Assembly: GCA_017557005.1 (NCBI GenBank)
Contig: JAFZFZ010000033.1
Coordinates: 10,730 to 74,729, forward strand
Reading direction: 5' to 3'
From: Bacteroidaceae bacterium
GTDB taxonomy: Bacteria > Bacteroidota > Bacteroidia > Bacteroidales > Bacteroidaceae
Length of the DNA: 64,000 nucleotides
Part shown: positions 1 to 9,556 of the stretch, piece after piece
How positions within the stretch are numbered: the first letter of the stretch is position 1
Layout: each line of letters starts with the position of its first letter
Made by a program: the position numbers and the translations under genes
Notes under the pieces: generated by a model
Database searches by the model: none
What the model saw: only the letters and a program-made list of their open reading frames with translations
Told to the model about the DNA's origin: nothing

Positions 1-233
1 GCTTTTGCTAAGTGATTGCGAGCTGAAATACTTACATTTTTTTTTGTTAAAGCCTGTAAAATGCCAAATATATGTTGTACGACATGTAAAATTGTTTTGT
101 AAGTTCAAAAAAATGTAAGAACTTTGTAGCGTTATCCTAAAACAATCTTTTTACCTTAAAAACTAATACCTATTGAATTCAATAAGGGCCTCTGTGAAGA
201 GCCCCTTATTGGTTTTAAATAGGGTCGTGTTTT

Positions 234-1121
234 TTATTCGGTTTTCACCTTGCAATAGTAGGCCAGTTTGTAAAGGAAGAAGAGGCTAAGCTTGGGGCTC
301 ATTCCACTGAGATGTGCCGTGAGTTTGTCCTCATGTCGGGTGTACCAGCAAGCTACGGCCTTCGTCAGATGAAGGCGATGGAGTAGGTGATAAGCACTGA
401 TGAGCGAAGAGTGCCCCTGCAGGGTGGTCTCCATCAATGCTAAATTGTGCAGCGCTGTTTGTGTCTTTTTAAGAAATGTCTCATTAGCCTCAAGTCCAAG
501 GTGACGCAGCGGGTTGTCAATATGCAGTAAGGGGATTCGCTTGCGTTGCAGTTCGATGCCGAAGAGTGTATCTTCATGTCCATAATCCTTGATATTCTCA
601 TCGAAGCGGATAGCCCTGAATGCCTCTCTTCGTATGAGAAAGTTGAATGGGGTGAATTGCTCGTAAGGGCTCTTGGCTCTGTAATGTGCGGCGCGGCGTT
701 TGTCAGCACGTTTCTCATAGGCATAGCGTAGGCTCACTGTAGGGTCGGGGAGCGTTTCAGCGTGGCACAACCCACCGCAGATGACGTCAATGCCAGCTTT
801 GCAATGGGTTAGGTAATTGCTGATAAAATGGGGTTCTATGACTTCGGCATCAGAGTCCATGAAGAGCAGCCATTCATACTGAGCCTCGTCAGCCAAAAGG
901 TTGCGTATGCGAGCACGGCCAATGTTCTCTCCCAATTCGATGAGCCGGCAGTGGGGGAGGGCGTTCATCTCTCGGTTCTTCTCCTTATATATATAAGTAG
1001 GCGAAGCATCATCGGCCACAATAATCTCGTAGTCGATACCTAACAGGTCGGCTTGTTGATGCAAGTCGCTCACGAGGCGTGTGCAATCATAATTATATGT
1101 CGGTATCAGTATCGAGAGCAT
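234..1121 (-). CDS. Glycosyltransferase family 2 (GT-A fold)
   Basis: 295-aa ORF with 'SILIPTYN', 'EIIVADDAS' and 'LFMDSDA' (DxD-type) motifs typical of GT2 enzymes. Confidence 0.85.
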   Translation of the reverse strand: MLSILIPTYNYDCTRLVSDLHQQADLLGIDYEIIVADDASPTYIYKEKNREMNALPHCRLIELGENIGRARIRNLLADEAQYEWLLFMDSDAEVIEPHFISNYLTHCKAGIDVICGGLCHAETLPDPTVSLRYAYEKRADKRRAAHYRAKSPYEQFTPFNFLIRREAFRAIRFDENIKDYGHEDTLFGIELQRKRIPLLHIDNPLRHLGLEANETFLKKTQTALHNLALMETTLQGHSSLISAYHLLHRLHLTKAVACWYTRHEDKLTAHLSGMSPKLSLFFLYKLAYYCKVKTE

Positions 1122-1160
1122 AAATGTTTTATTCGCGTGGCGAAATTACGGAAAAAATGA

Positions 1161-1168
1161 TAACTTTG
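1161..1168 (+). promoter_or_regulatory. Bacteroidota -7 promoter box TAACTTTG upstream of rarA
   Basis: Exact match to the TAnnTTTG consensus about 45 nt upstream of the rarA ATG. Confidence 0.55.
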
Positions 1169-1214
1169 CAATGTAAAATTCATTTTTCAATTCTTAACTT
1201 CCAATTTGAAAGTT

Positions 1215-2486
1215 ATGGAGCCATTAGCTGAACGTCTGCGTCCGTCGACGCTTGATAATTATATAGGACAAAAGCATCTGGTAGGCCCTGATGCTGTGTT
1301 GCGCCGCATGATAGAGTCGGGGCGCATATCGTCATTTATCTTGTGGGGCCCTCCGGGAACGGGTAAGACCACGTTGGCGCATATCATAGCCAAAAAGTTG
1401 GAGGTGCCCTTCTATACGCTCAATGCCGTGTCGTCGGGTGTGAAGGATGTGCGCGAGGTTATCGAGAGTGCACAGAAGAATCGCTTCTTTTCGCAAAATA
1501 GTCCCATCCTCTTCATCGATGAGATACACCGCTTCAACAAGTCGCAGCAAGATTCGCTGTTGGCTGCTGTGGAACGCGGTATCGTGACACTCATTGGTGC
1601 CACCACCGAGAACCCCTCGTTCGAGATTATCCGTCCCTTGCTCTCGCGTTGCCAACTCTATATACTCAAGTCGCTTGACAAGTCCGACCTCTTGGAGTTG
1701 CTCGATCGTGCCATCAAAGAGGACTTTTATCTGAAGGACAAGCATATCACCATACGTGAGACCGATGCGCTGCTGCGTTTCTCTGGTGGTGATGCACGCA
1801 AGTTGCTCAATACACTCGAATTGGTTGTAGAGGCCGAGAGTGGAGCTGATGAGATCATCATCACCAATGAGGTGGTTACTGAGCGTTTGCAGCAGAATCC
1901 GTTGGCCTACGACAAGGATGGTGAGATGCACTACGATATCGTGTCGGCTTATATCAAGTCGATCCGTGGCAGCGATCCGGATGGAGCGCTCTATTGGTTG
2001 GCTCGCATGATACAAGGAGGCGAGGACCCCTCGTTCATTGCACGCCGCTTGGTCATCTCAGCCTCTGAAGATATTGGTTTGGCCAACCCCAATGCTTTGC
2101 TCATTGCCAACGCAGCCTTCGATGCGGTGATGAAGATTGGCTGGCCCGAGGGACGCATCCCCTTGGCTGAAGCTACCGTATACCTCGCCACCAGTCCTAA
2201 GAGTAACTCGGCCTACATGGGTATCAATACAGCGCTGGCTCTTGTGGAGCAGACGGGCAATCTGCCTGTGCCCTTGCATCTGCGCAATGCGCCTACCAAA
2301 TTGATGAAGGAATTGGGCTATAGCGAAGGTTATAAGTATGCTCACGACTACGAGAATCACTTTGTGAAGCAGCAGTTCCTCCCCGACGAACTCACCGGTA
2401 CGCAGCTTTGGACACCGCAGCCCAATGCGGCGGAAGAGAAACTCAAGGAGCGCATGCGCTACCTCTGGAAAGATAGATATCAATAA
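1215..2486 (+). CDS. rarA: Replication-associated recombination protein A (AAA+ ATPase RarA/MgsA)
   Basis: Walker A 'GPPGTGKTT', 'LFIDEIHRFNK', and the C-terminal MgsA-type 'HLRNAPTKLMKELGY' motif. The ORF track starts at TTG 1206; the ATG at 1215 is the likelier start. Confidence 0.9.
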   Translation: MEPLAERLRPSTLDNYIGQKHLVGPDAVLRRMIESGRISSFILWGPPGTGKTTLAHIIAKKLEVPFYTLNAVSSGVKDVREVIESAQKNRFFSQNSPILFIDEIHRFNKSQQDSLLAAVERGIVTLIGATTENPSFEIIRPLLSRCQLYILKSLDKSDLLELLDRAIKEDFYLKDKHITIRETDALLRFSGGDARKLLNTLELVVEAESGADEIIITNEVVTERLQQNPLAYDKDGEMHYDIVSAYIKSIRGSDPDGALYWLARMIQGGEDPSFIARRLVISASEDIGLANPNALLIANAAFDAVMKIGWPEGRIPLAEATVYLATSPKSNSAYMGINTALALVEQTGNLPVPLHLRNAPTKLMKELGYSEGYKYAHDYENHFVKQQFLPDELTGTQLWTPQPNAAEEKLKERMRYLWKDRYQ

Positions 2487-2491
2487 TCTTA

Positions 2492-2527
2492 GAGGACTCT
2501 GAGTTTTCCGAGCATTCTGAAAAAGTC
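2492..2527. repeat. 9-bp periodic micro-array (GAGGACTCT GAGTTTTCC GAGCATTCT GAAAAAGTC), intergenic
   Basis: Four 9-bp units of the form GAG-NNN-TCY lie directly after the rarA stop. The same repeat family occurs at 8625-8688 and 20199-20237. Confidence 0.6.
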
Positions 2528-2557
2528 TCTCGCCATTCACCCCTAATCTCATACCTC

Positions 2558-3511
2558 ATGAACATCATCATCCTCGATGGCTATGCCCTCAATCCGGGCG
2601 ACCTCAGTTACGACTGCCTACAGCAGTTTGGTACACTCAAAGTATATGACCGTACTGCTCCTGAGCAGGTGATAGAGCGTGCAAAGGAGGCCGACGCATT
2701 GCTGACCAATAAGGTTGTGTTGGGCGAGAAGGAATTTGCCCAGCTACCTCACCTGCGCTATGTAGGTGTGCAGGCTACGGGCTACAATGTGGTGGATGTG
2801 GAGGCAGCGCGTCGGTATGGCATTACCGTGACCAATATACCTGCTTATAGCACCGCCTCGGTAGCGCAGATGGTGATGGCACACCTGCTCAATATCACGC
2901 AGAGTGTGGAGTACTATGCTCAGCAAAACCGTGCAGGACGTTGGTGCGCTAATCCCGACTTTTGCTATTGGGATAATCCCCTTATAGAGCTGGCAGGCAA
3001 GCAGATGGGCGTCGTCGGCTTTGGACGTACGGGAAGTGCTGTGGCGCGCTTGGCTCAAGCCTTTGGAATGAAGGTTGTAGCCTACACCTCGAAACCTCAA
3101 GAGACTTTACCCGATGGAGTAGAGAAGTGCTCGCTCGACTCGCTCTTTGCCACTTCCGATGTGGTGAGTTTGCATTGTCCTTTGGTGCCTGCAACGAAGC
3201 ACCTCGTCAATGCCGAGCGTTTGGCGTTGATGAAACCCACAGCGATACTTATCAATACCGCTCGTGGCCCCGTAGTTGATGAGCAGGCTTTGGCCGATGC
3301 ACTCAATAGGGGAGCGCTACATGCTGCAGGTGTCGATGTGCTGTGTGAGGAGCCTCCATGCAGCGACTCACCTTTGCTCAAGGCGCGCAACTGCTTTGTT
3401 ACGCCCCATATCGCATGGGCTACCCTTGAGGCACGCACTCGTCTGCTGCAGATCTGCGAGGCTAATCTTCGTGCCTTTATTGAGGGACATCCGCAGAATG
3501 TGGTGTCGTAA
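2558..3511 (+). CDS. D-isomer-specific 2-hydroxyacid (glycerate-type) dehydrogenase, NAD-binding
   Basis: 317 aa with a Rossmann 'GVVGFGRTGSAVA' motif and the conserved 'NTARG...VDE' and 'TPHIAW' catalytic-region motifs. Confidence 0.85.
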   Translation: MNIIILDGYALNPGDLSYDCLQQFGTLKVYDRTAPEQVIERAKEADALLTNKVVLGEKEFAQLPHLRYVGVQATGYNVVDVEAARRYGITVTNIPAYSTASVAQMVMAHLLNITQSVEYYAQQNRAGRWCANPDFCYWDNPLIELAGKQMGVVGFGRTGSAVARLAQAFGMKVVAYTSKPQETLPDGVEKCSLDSLFATSDVVSLHCPLVPATKHLVNAERLALMKPTAILINTARGPVVDEQALADALNRGALHAAGVDVLCEEPPCSDSPLLKARNCFVTPHIAWATLEARTRLLQICEANLRAFIEGHPQNVVS

Positions 3512-3521
3512 AGGGGTTTGG

Positions 3522-4157
3522 TTATATAGGCCAAACGACAAAGACCAAAGCATCCCACACGGCATGCGATACAATGAGGGCAAACAGTTGCTTCGGCCAT
3601 AGGCGATAAGCGATACCCCATACAAAGCCGCAAACGAGGGCTGCCATGATAAGCATGAAGTTGAACTTCCATATGTGTACCAAGCCATAGATGAGCAAGG
3701 TGACAATGAATGCCATATTTGCAGTGCTGCGCATAGCAATACCTCGTTGCACAAAGCCGCGCCAGAAAATCTCTTCAGCCGGACCGATGATAAACAGGAG
3801 TAAAAATCCTATAATCCACTCGCTCTGTGACTCCTTCATTCCATAAATGGTGTCTACCTGCGGACGAGCAAAGGGGAACATCCAAGTAGCTGCCTTGTCG
3901 CCTACCCAAAAGATTCCCCACAAGGCGAGTGCCAGGGCGATGCCTAGCAGTAGTCCGCTCCATGATATCTTGATGTCTGCTACCCAACCACGATCAATCG
4001 TAGCGGCAAGGGTCAGCAATATGCACCCCGAGATGGTCATCATAGTCCAAAAGTCCACAGGCATAGCAATCCATGGATTGAACATCAGGAACCATAGCAA
4101 GGCTGCCACAGCTATGGGCAAGTAGCAATTGGCGAATGAACGTTTAGCGGGTTTCAT
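3522..4157 (-). CDS. CPBP-family intramembrane metalloprotease (CAAX protease-like)
   Basis: 211-aa polytopic membrane protein with the 'AEEIFWRGF' (EExxxR) motif and a later 'SHAVWD' His motif. Confidence 0.75.
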   Translation of the reverse strand: MKPAKRSFANCYLPIAVAALLWFLMFNPWIAMPVDFWTMMTISGCILLTLAATIDRGWVADIKISWSGLLLGIALALALWGIFWVGDKAATWMFPFARPQVDTIYGMKESQSEWIIGFLLLFIIGPAEEIFWRGFVQRGIAMRSTANMAFIVTLLIYGLVHIWKFNFMLIMAALVCGFVWGIAYRLWPKQLFALIVSHAVWDALVFVVWPI

Positions 4158-4183
4158 GTCGGCTGTCTTGAAGTCTCAATGAA

Positions 4184-5077
4184 TTAAATGAAAGCTGCGG
4201 CAAACAATGATGCAGCCAACAGTAGGCTAAACATAAGTTGAAGCTGTGAGGTCGCAGCATCGAACATAGTGATAGGCTCCAATCCTGTGTTCTTGACGTT
4301 GAGCACCGTACGTGCGCATTGCCATGCTTTGGGCAGAGCGAGCAAGGTTATCAGACTGTACCAGGGCAACCAACCACAGAGAACAGTGATCAAGATGAAC
4401 AAGAAGGGCAAGAGCACTTCAAAAGCGTAGAGCTTGAGTGAGGCTTTCTGTCCTATAAGCATGGCGATGGTGTGTATGCCTGCTTCGCTATCCGATTGGA
4501 TGTCGCGGGTGTTGTTGACATGAAGGATAGCTACAGTGATAAGTCCAATGGGCAATGCCAATACGAGAGCGGGGTAGTAGTATTCGCTCAGGGTAGCATA
4601 GGTGGTTCCTAAAATAGGAATTACGGCATAAGAAAGGAAGATAACCAAATCACCCAAAGCGTGGTACTTGAATGTGGCGTAGGTAAGTGTGAAGAAGGCA
4701 CCATATGCAGCAGCATAGAGTAGGGGCCAACCGCAACGGCTCATGATATAAAAGCCGATGAGGCAGCCGATGATGAAGAGGGCTGAACTCAGACCCATAT
4801 ACTCCTTTGCAGTAAATGAGCCATTCACCAATGGCATGTGGTTAAGACCCTTGTCGACACCTTTCTTGAAGTCGCGGATGTCGCTCATCATATTGCCTGC
4901 TGCATGGAAGAATACAATGCCAACGATAGCCAGCACTCCGTTTACCCAATCTACAGATGTGCCATACAAACTACATACCCAAGTTGTGTAAGCAAATGAG
5001 GCTAATACAGGCATCGCAGATGCGGGGAACGACCAAGGACGTGTGGTGATAAACCAATCTTTCAATGAATGTTTCAT
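4184..5077 (-). CDS. menA: UbiA-family prenyltransferase, probable 1,4-dihydroxy-2-naphthoate prenyltransferase
   Basis: 297 aa with about 8-9 TM segments and the Asp-rich 'NMMSDIRDFKKGVD' motif. It lies next to the menG/ubiE gene on the same strand. Confidence 0.6.
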   Translation of the reverse strand: MKHSLKDWFITTRPWSFPASAMPVLASFAYTTWVCSLYGTSVDWVNGVLAIVGIVFFHAAGNMMSDIRDFKKGVDKGLNHMPLVNGSFTAKEYMGLSSALFIIGCLIGFYIMSRCGWPLLYAAAYGAFFTLTYATFKYHALGDLVIFLSYAVIPILGTTYATLSEYYYPALVLALPIGLITVAILHVNNTRDIQSDSEAGIHTIAMLIGQKASLKLYAFEVLLPFLFILITVLCGWLPWYSLITLLALPKAWQCARTVLNVKNTGLEPITMFDAATSQLQLMFSLLLAASLFAAAFI

Positions 5078-5122
5078 AGTAAGTGTATCTATTTAATTTG
5101 TTATTAGTTTTATTGTTATTCG

Positions 5123-5857
5123 TTATTTCTCAGCAATATATAGCGTGCAGATACCCATTGTGAGTCTGCGGAATGTGGCCTTCTTAAAGCCGTTCTTGAG
5201 TAGAACCTCACGCATTACTTCGCCTTGAGGAAAAGCCTTCATTGTTTCTGGTAGATAGGTGTAAGCGCTGTCGTCGCCCGAGATGATGCGTCCCACTACC
5301 GGCATTACCAGTTTGGAGTATATGCCGAATAGGAATCGCCATAGCTTACGATTGGGGTACGAGAGTTCAAGCATGACCAGATGCCCTCCCTTGCGCAATA
5401 CACGTAGCATCTCGCTCATGCACGCATCCAAGTTCTCAAAGTTGCGTATGCCGAATGTTACGGTCACCGCATCAAAACTCTCATCGTCAAAGGAGAGTCC
5501 GTTGCAATCTTCCTTTTGAAAAAGGACGACATCATGCAAGCCCTCGCGAGCCGCTTTTTCACGGCCCACACACATCATTCCTTCAGAGATGTCTACTGCC
5601 GTCACCCTTTGTAGCTTCAGCTTGCGTGCAAGCAACAAAGCAAAGTCGCCCGTACCAGTTGCTACGTCGAGCACCGCCTGGGGCTGATATTCCGCTACGC
5701 TCTTCACCGCTTTACGGCGCCAAGCACGGTCAAAACCAAATGACAAGGTGTGGTTGAGTGCATCGTAGGTGGGTGCTATAGAGTCAAACAGATGTTCTAC
5801 CTGTTCTCGTTTATGCGCGTTGCCTTCGTAGGGCTTTATCTGTTCTTGTGCGTACAT
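5123..5857 (-). CDS. menG: Demethylmenaquinone methyltransferase (UbiE/MenG)
   Basis: 'FDSIAPTYDALNHTLSFG' UbiE signature and SAM-binding 'VLDVATGTGD'. Confidence 0.9.
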   Translation of the reverse strand: MYAQEQIKPYEGNAHKREQVEHLFDSIAPTYDALNHTLSFGFDRAWRRKAVKSVAEYQPQAVLDVATGTGDFALLLARKLKLQRVTAVDISEGMMCVGREKAAREGLHDVVLFQKEDCNGLSFDDESFDAVTVTFGIRNFENLDACMSEMLRVLRKGGHLVMLELSYPNRKLWRFLFGIYSKLVMPVVGRIISGDDSAYTYLPETMKAFPQGEVMREVLLKNGFKKATFRRLTMGICTLYIAEK

Positions 5858-6011
5858 AGTTAATTTAAGGATGCTACAAATATAATGTAAATAAGCGAGA
5901 TATAATCAAAATAGCCTCTTTTTTTTAAATGGCAGTATGTTTTATTGTAATGATGTATGGTGCGTACTTATTATTATCACAGTTTTATCATGCAAAATAT
6001 ATGAAATTGGC

Positions 6012-6019
6012 TACCTTTG
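6012..6019 (+). promoter_or_regulatory. -7 promoter box TACCTTTG upstream of dinB
   Basis: Exact TAnnTTTG match 54 nt upstream of the dinB ATG. Confidence 0.55.
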
Positions 6020-6072
6020 CAGAATCTGAATTGTATATATAAAGATATAAGTCTACTTAGTCCTTCCCTCCT

Positions 6073-7173
6073 ATGTCTGCTGAGATACGCAAGATCATAC
6101 ATATTGACATGGATGCCTTCTATGCCTCTGTAGAGCAGCGCGACAATCCCGAGTTGCGGGGCTTGCCTGTTGCGGTGGGCCATGCCGGTGAGCGTGGCGT
6201 GGTATCGGCAGCCAGCTACGAAGCCCGCAAGTATGGGGTGCGTTCGGCTATGGCCTCACTCAAGGCCATGCGCTTGTGCCCGGACCTGGTGTTTGTCCCC
6301 GGTCGTATGGAGGTGTACAAGGAGGTGAGCGATGCGATACATACTATCTTTCGCGAATATACCGATATCATTGAGCCGCTGGCACTTGATGAGGCTTTTC
6401 TCGATGTTACACATAATAAGCGTGGCATCCCCTTGGCCATCGATATAGCTCGGGAGATCAAGCAGCGTGTGCGCGACGAACTGGGCCTTGTGGCCTCGGC
6501 GGGAGTGTCATACAATAAGTTCTTGGCTAAGATCGCATCAGACTACCGTAAGCCCGATGGCCTCTGCACCATCCATCCTGATCAGGCTGCCGACTTCATT
6601 GCTCGCCTGCCCATTGAGAGCTTCTGGGGTGTGGGTAGGGTGACGGCCAAGCGTATGCATGAACTTGGCATTCACAACGGGCGCGACTTGCGTGAGTGGT
6701 CGCTCGGTGGACTCACCCGTGAGTTTGGTAAGGTGGGCCAACTCTATTATGACTTTGCTCGTGGCATCGATCTGCGCCCGGTAGAGGCTGTCAGAGTGCG
6801 CAAGTCCATTGGCTGCGAGCGCACCTTGGAACGTGACATCTTTACGCGGGCGGCAGTCATCGTAGAACTCTATCATACGGCGGAGGAGCTGCTGCGTCGC
6901 TTGGCCGAAAAGGACTTTATAGGCAACACGCTCACGCTGAAGATCAAGTTTCACGACTTTACGCAGATTACCCGCAGCATCACTTGCGAGTCTCCACTCA
7001 CTACCATGAAAGTCATCCTCCCCTTGGCTAAGCAACTGCTCAGTGAGGTGCGCTACGAAGAGCATCCGATAAGGCTTATAGGCTTGTCGGTATCGAACCC
7101 GCGCGATGAGGAGGAGTCCGATACTCCGCAGAGTACGTGGGAGCAGTTGTCACTCGAGTTTGAGGAGGAGTAG
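6073..7173 (+). CDS. dinB: DNA polymerase IV (Y-family)
   Basis: 'IIHIDMDAFYASVEQRDNPELRGLPVAVG' and 'SLDEAFLDVT'-like motifs; 366 aa. Confidence 0.92.
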   Translation: MSAEIRKIIHIDMDAFYASVEQRDNPELRGLPVAVGHAGERGVVSAASYEARKYGVRSAMASLKAMRLCPDLVFVPGRMEVYKEVSDAIHTIFREYTDIIEPLALDEAFLDVTHNKRGIPLAIDIAREIKQRVRDELGLVASAGVSYNKFLAKIASDYRKPDGLCTIHPDQAADFIARLPIESFWGVGRVTAKRMHELGIHNGRDLREWSLGGLTREFGKVGQLYYDFARGIDLRPVEAVRVRKSIGCERTLERDIFTRAAVIVELYHTAEELLRRLAEKDFIGNTLTLKIKFHDFTQITRSITCESPLTTMKVILPLAKQLLSEVRYEEHPIRLIGLSVSNPRDEEESDTPQSTWEQLSLEFEEE

Positions 7174-7178
7174 GACAC

Positions 7179-9383
7179 TTAGGGTAGGGCCTCCTCGATA
7201 TATTCCTGTACGATGGCAAGTATCTCCTTGCCGAAGAGTTGCAACGACTTCTTACCGAACCCTGGCATGCGCAGCAGTTCCTGTCCGCTGGTGGGTAGCT
7301 CGTTCACGATGCCTATGAGCGACTTCTGTGTGAGCACACCATAGACAGGACGGCCCAACTCCTCGGCTCGTTCGGCTCGCCATTGGCGTAGGCGGCGGAA
7401 GAGTCGTGGGTGTTGTATGTCGCTGTTGCGGTCTATGTCTATCTTGTCGGTAGGCTTGCTTCGTTTGCGCTCCTGCTTGGCCGACTGCTCGGTCTCGAGC
7501 ATGCCTATGGCCTTGGTCTTCAGATAGGTCGAGATCTCGAATCCCTTACTCGTGACATGCTTGAGCAGATGGAGCTTCTGTGCGAACGACTGGCTCAGGG
7601 CGTATACAGCCTCGGTGATGCGCTCTTTGATCTCCTTGTTGTCGCTATCGAGGCGGGTGCGCTCGATGAGTGCACCCATCAGCGTGTCGAGATGTTCGGC
7701 AAAGTAGGATGCAGCCTTGTGTATGCGCTCGGCCAGATGAGTGTCGGCATCATATTCGGCGGTTTGCATCACGAGGGAGGCATATTGTCGGTAGAAGGTG
7801 TTTGATACGGCCGTGATGTCGCGTGCAAATTGCTCGTCGGTCTCCTTGTAGCTCTTCAGTAGCTGTGGGTATACCTTGTAGAGATGTTCGTCGAGCAGGC
7901 GTAGCACGCGATGGAAATCCCACTCCAGTGATTTGAAGTCAAACAGTTCGGTGAGCAGGTATAGGTAGTAGTCGCGTTGCAACTCTGCCAAGCGGGTGGC
8001 CGTATGGCGTGCCTGCTCCAGCTCCGAACTCATGTAGTTGCCCACTGCAATATCTGTGCGCACGGCCGATGCCGATAGGGGTGCAGTCAGCGTAAGTCCC
8101 TCCAAGGTGCGGCAACGGCTGAGCGCCACATATACCTGTCCGGCAGCAAAGGCGGCATTCACATCCAACACGGCACGGTCAAAGGTCAGGCCCTGACTCT
8201 TGTGTATGGTGATGGCCCACGCCAGGCGCAGCGGATATTGGCGAAACTCACCGTCGATCTCCTCGCGTATCTCCTTCGTCTCTTTGTCAATCACGTAGCG
8301 TGCATTGGTCCACACTTCGGGCTCCACCTCCACGATGTCGCCATCGTCGATACCTTGTACGCAGATTGTCGATGCATCCACCGAGGTTACTATGCCCAGC
8401 TTGCCATTGTAGTAGCGTGCCCCTTGCGAGTCGTTCTTGAGAAACATCACCTGGCACCCCTTCTTCAGTACGAGTGTCTCTTCTGCCGGGTACGACGATT
8501 CGGGGAAGGTGCCTGTCACCGTAGCCTTGAAGGTGAAACGCACCCCTTTCAGGGCGTCCATGCGCTCTTCATTGTAGCTGTTGGCCGTGGCATTGTGCGT
8601 GGTGAGGCGTATGGTGCCGTCGGATAATTCTGAATTTTGAATTTTGAATTCTGTATTTTCTGAGTGCTCCGAGTTTCCCGAGTATTTGGAAGACTTGCAG
8701 GCGATGTCAACCCTTGAATTGAGCAATGCTAAACTCTCCGTTGTGAGCCTGTTCTCACGCACCTCGTTGAGGATATTGATGAACTTCAGGTCCGTCTGTC
8801 GGTATACGTGTTGCAGCTCTATGGTCACATGCTGCGTCTGCTGCAGTGCCAGACTACCGAAGAAGTAGGGCGTGTGATAGTATTCGCGCAGCAGGTTCCA
8901 CTCGCTGTCTTTCACTACGGGGGCCAACTGGCTGAGATCGCCAATCATGAGCAACTGCACTCCGCCGAAGGGGCGGTAACGGTCTTTGTGTAGGCGCAGC
9001 ACCGCATCTATCTGGTCGAGCAGGTCGGCACGCACCATCGAAATCTCGTCAATGACCAGCAGGTCCAGCGTGCGTATGATGTTCTTCTTCTCCTTGCTGA
9101 AGCGGTACTTCTCATCCTTCGAGTTGAACGAGCCGCCCGGCACGTAGGGTGCCAGCGGAAACTGGAAGAACGAGTGTATCGTTACGCCGCCCGCATTGAT
9201 GGCTGCCACGCCCGTAGGGGCCACCACTACCATGCGCTTGGGTGAGCGTTCACGCAGCTGTCGTAAGAAGGTCGTCTTACCCGTGCCGGCCTTGCCGGTG
9301 AGAAACACGTTCACTCCCGTACGCTCTATAAATTGCCATGCGAGCTCCAGCTCCGCATTCGTATGTGTGCCCTTGTTGTTCAT
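7179..9383 (-). CDS. Pif1/RecD-like SF1 DNA helicase with C-terminal HRDC-like domain
   Basis: Walker A 'GKAGTGKTT', Walker B 'LVIDEISMV', 'AITIHKSQGLTF', and a C-terminal 'LRQWRAERAEELGRPVYGVLTQKSL' HRDC-type segment. Alternative starts are ATG 9407 and GTG 9410. Confidence 0.8.
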   Translation of the reverse strand: MNNKGTHTNAELELAWQFIERTGVNVFLTGKAGTGKTTFLRQLRERSPKRMVVVAPTGVAAINAGGVTIHSFFQFPLAPYVPGGSFNSKDEKYRFSKEKKNIIRTLDLLVIDEISMVRADLLDQIDAVLRLHKDRYRPFGGVQLLMIGDLSQLAPVVKDSEWNLLREYYHTPYFFGSLALQQTQHVTIELQHVYRQTDLKFINILNEVRENRLTTESLALLNSRVDIACKSSKYSGNSEHSENTEFKIQNSELSDGTIRLTTHNATANSYNEERMDALKGVRFTFKATVTGTFPESSYPAEETLVLKKGCQVMFLKNDSQGARYYNGKLGIVTSVDASTICVQGIDDGDIVEVEPEVWTNARYVIDKETKEIREEIDGEFRQYPLRLAWAITIHKSQGLTFDRAVLDVNAAFAAGQVYVALSRCRTLEGLTLTAPLSASAVRTDIAVGNYMSSELEQARHTATRLAELQRDYYLYLLTELFDFKSLEWDFHRVLRLLDEHLYKVYPQLLKSYKETDEQFARDITAVSNTFYRQYASLVMQTAEYDADTHLAERIHKAASYFAEHLDTLMGALIERTRLDSDNKEIKERITEAVYALSQSFAQKLHLLKHVTSKGFEISTYLKTKAIGMLETEQSAKQERKRSKPTDKIDIDRNSDIQHPRLFRRLRQWRAERAEELGRPVYGVLTQKSLIGIVNELPTSGQELLRMPGFGKKSLQLFGKEILAIVQEYIEEALP
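8625..8688 (-). repeat. 7-bp plus 9-bp periodic array inside the helicase ORF (encodes SGNSEHSENTEFKIQNSE)
   Basis: The plus strand reads about four 7-bp units (consensus GAATTYT; first copy degenerate, TAATTCT) followed by GTATTTTCT GAGTGCTCC GAGTTTCCC GAGTATTTG. The array is in frame and has no stop codons. Confidence 0.7.
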
Positions 9384-9556
9384 GGTGCGAAGATACGAAA
9401 AAAACATCACGCCGCCAAGCCCTTTCTATGAATACATTGGCTGTAAATGGTTGCAGAATTTTTTCGTTTTATCTTCTATTCAAGAAAATCGGTAGTAACA
9501 AACTGAGCGCGGCAAGCCTCAGATCTTTAGAAAACAAACCTTACAAAAGTTTTTCT

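Noticed and set aside
7171-7181. The dinB and helicase genes converge with only a 5-bp gap and no terminator hairpin between them.
   Set aside because: Tight convergent packing is common in compact bacterial genomes. Nothing in the sequence suggests a functional link beyond both being DNA-metabolism genes.
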